Source: Glaucostegus cemiculus (lineage: Eukaryota). Taken from it: 64,000 nt of DNA. This document shows positions 61,390-64,000 of this stretch, in pieces (position 1 is the stretch's first letter; every line of letters starts with the position of its first letter). A model generated the notes under the pieces. The model made no database searches, was not told where the DNA came from, and saw only the letters and a list, made by a program, of their open reading frames with translations. The stretch lies in NCBI GenBank assembly GCA_976551045.1, contig CDPCPM010000311.1, forward strand, positions 2,790,001-2,854,000. Reading direction: 5' to 3'. Both the position numbers and the translations under genes were made by a program.

Positions 61390-62420
61390 TTCATCCATAC
61401 ACATCCAGCATATCATTCTTTGTAACTTCCACCAACTACAACATGATCTCACCACCAGCCACACCTTCCCCTCCCACCACTTTCTGCAGGGATCACTCTC
61501 TCCGTGACTCCCTGGTCCACTCCCCCCCCCCCCCCAACCAAACACTTGCCCCGTAACCATAGGAGGTGCAAGACCCATTCCTACACCTCCTCCCTCACCA
61601 CCACCCATGGTCCTAAACAGCCCTACCAGGTGAGGCAGTCAGTCATGTGCAAATCCTCCGGCCTCATTTATTGCATCCGGTGCCCCCGATGTGGCCTCCT
61701 CTACATCGGAGAGACCAGGCAGAGACTGGGCGACCGCTTCACCGAGCTCTGGCGGTCTGTCTGCCATGGCTGTCTGGAGCTCCTGGTTGCCGGCCATTTT
61801 AAGTCCCCTCCCCATTCCCACACCGACCTGTCTGTCCTCAGCCTCTTCCACTGCCGGGGTGGGGCTCAATGCAAACTAGAGGAACTGCACCTCACTCCAC
61901 TGGGGTAGTCTGCAACCCTAATGGCATGAACATTGAATTCTCCACTTTCCAGCAAAATTGCTCCCCATCTCTTCTCTCGTCCTAATCTATCAAAAGTTCT
62001 TGCTTCACTCACCCAGCCCCCCCATCACCCTGTTTCTTTCCCCTCCTCCACCCACTCCATCTACCCATCACCCAAACACTCCTCCCAATGTTCCCATCTG
62101 TCCTCCGCACCTTCCTCCATTTATTCCACACGCCACCTTCCTCTCCCACCAGACTCCAGCACCTTTAGCCCCATATCACCTCCACCTATCACCTCCCAGA
62201 TTCTGCTGATATTTCCACTTGCCCCTCCCCACCTGGATCCACCCATCACTTGCCAGCTCTTAATAATGGCAGTCTCCCCTCTACCTTTCAGTCCAGATGA
62301 AGGGTCTCAATCCAAAATGTTGACTGTCCATTTCCCTCCATAGATGCTGCCTGACCCACTAAGTTCTTCCAGCATCTTGTGTTGCTCCAGATTTCCAGCA
62401 TCCGCAATCTCATGTTTCCA
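61390..62420 (+). mobile_element. Penelope-like element 3' part (GIY-YIG endonuclease + terminal repeat), degenerate
   Basis: GPKQPYQVRQSVMCKSSGLIYCIRCPRCGLLYIGETRQRLGDRFTE..LLVAGHF is the PLE GIY-YIG signature with a CxxC insert; followed by a C-rich tail and a hammerhead-like motif. Confidence 0.88.
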
Positions 62421-62649
62421 AGTGGTTTTATCTGATTGAATGTGAAGAGGCCTGGAGGCTATGGCAATACACCTGACACCAGAACTGTAGTGTCAGTGAA
62501 CGGATTGGCACAGTTATGCTCAACTTCAGTAACCCAATCTGGGATAAAGGGACTCTAAAACAAAAAACAGGCACATTGCATTCAGTAATGCCTTTGTTGT
62601 GCCAGGCAGAACACTACATTAAAAAGGCTTGTTCACAAGTAACTGGAAA

Positions 62650-64000
62650 GGGACTCAGGCTTGAACCTTCACATAGAAGCCAGCGGTTCTTCCTCTCCAA
62701 CTCCCATCCCCGATCTTTCTCCCTTTGTCCAATCCACTTACATCCCTAGCCCCTCCTTTGACAACATTCCCTGGACCCAACCAACTCTTCTCCACCATGG
62801 ACATCCAATCCCTCTGCACTTCCATCCCACACCAGAATGGCCTGAGGGTACTTTCTTGAACCCAGGTTCAACCAGTTTCCCCTCCACCACCACTCTTCTA
62901 CTTCCACCGAGCTGATGTCATTCTTACATTAAGCAACTTCTTCAATTCCACTCGCACTCACAGAGGTGTCACTATGGGAACTCGCATGGACCCCGAGCTC
63001 AGGTTGCCTTATGGGATACATGGAAAAGTCCTTATTTCAGGACTAACCCAGGTCATCCTTAAGAGCTTTAAAAACTTAACTTCTAACTTGCTCTCACCTT
63101 CACAGGGCCTATAAGACTCCTCTCCTCCTTGACTTCTGCACCTCCATCTCTGGGAATAGGTCAGTAACCAGTATTTATAATAAGCAGAGACACAAGAGGA
63201 TTTAGATACTGGAATCTGGAGCCAAAATAAGCCACTGGAGGAACTCAGCACGGTCAACATGAACCATGAGTTCTCCAATTTCAGGCCCTTTTCTTTCCTC
63301 CTGGTCGACCCAGTTCTTCCTGCACACAACCTGGGCCCCAGTCACCCAGTTTCTTCCCCCATTCTTCACCCACACAGTCCTCCCACTGGGAAACCACCTC
63401 CCCCACTATTCCAATCTGCCCTCCCCTCATTCCATGCTCCACCTTCCTTACCTATTAGATACCATTTCTTTCCCCCATCTATCACCTCCCAGCCTCTGTC
63501 ACTATTCCCCCAGCTGGATCCACCTATCACTTGCCAGCTCCTTGTACAGGGCTATCTCCCCTCTACTCTCAGTCCAGATGTAGGATCTAAACATCAGCTG
63601 TCTATTTCCCTCCACAGATGCTGCCTGACCCACTGAGTTCCTCCAGCTGTTTATTACAAGAACATTGACTACAACTGCCATGCCACTACCTACAAGGAGT
63701 CCATTTCTCTGAGGATGACTTTCCACACCAGTGCCTTTAAGATGTCTTTATTTTATCTCGGTGAATCCCCTCTACCCTGATTGACAGGGCTCTCAACTAC
63801 ACATTTCTTCAACACTCCTACTCCTCCCTCCGAGCCAGGATATGATCGCCCTCGTTTCGCCAATAACTACATTTCTGCCAGCTTCAGTGGGAAATCTTCC
63901 CCCTCCCTTTCAGTATTCAGAGGGGATCCATTCCTCCAAAGCTCCCATCTCCACCCACCTCTCACAGCACTTTCCCCATGCAACATCTCTCTAGCTGTCC
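62650..64000 (+). mobile_element. Degenerate PLE RT remnants interrupted by a PLE terminal repeat (63185-63650, with an inverted 5' piece)
   Basis: ILTLSNFFNSTRT and GVTMGTRMDP (degenerate PLE RT motif GVAMGTRMGP) at 62920-62995; 63840-63960 resembles 61390-61560. Confidence 0.6.

Noticed and set aside
61504-61908. GIY-YIG ORF as a host nuclease gene
   Set aside because: Truncated, frameshifted and followed by a PLE terminal repeat; a decayed transposon.

Overview
Vertebrate genomic DNA, almost certainly from a cartilaginous fish (shark/ray-type repeats: HE1-like V-SINEs, CR1/HER1-like LINEs, Penelope-like elements, DeuSINE remnants). There are three short N gaps. Three protein-coding genes can be rebuilt by hand: (1) the last two exons of STOML1 (+, SCP2 domain, stop at 2373); (2) the single coding exon of ISLR2/Linx (+, 25237-27219, 660 aa, LRR-Ig-FN3-like-TM) within a CpG-rich domain that holds candidate 5'UTR exons; (3) the complete coding sequence of the retinol transporter STRA6 (-, 17 coding exons, 59119->34929, 669 aa, all GT-AG and in phase). 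Nearly all other ORFs in the track are repeat-derived or spurious. I found no convincing new multi-gene system. Best leads: a natural Tyr->Phe at the STRA6 'YTLL' signalling motif; no ISLR/Meflin paralogue and a STOML1 orientation unlike human; one V-SINE head carrying two different LINE-derived tails; and palindromic Penelope-derived elements centred on hammerhead-ribozyme-like remnants. Gene and repeat names rest on recalled sequences, not database searches, and repeat boundaries are approximate.
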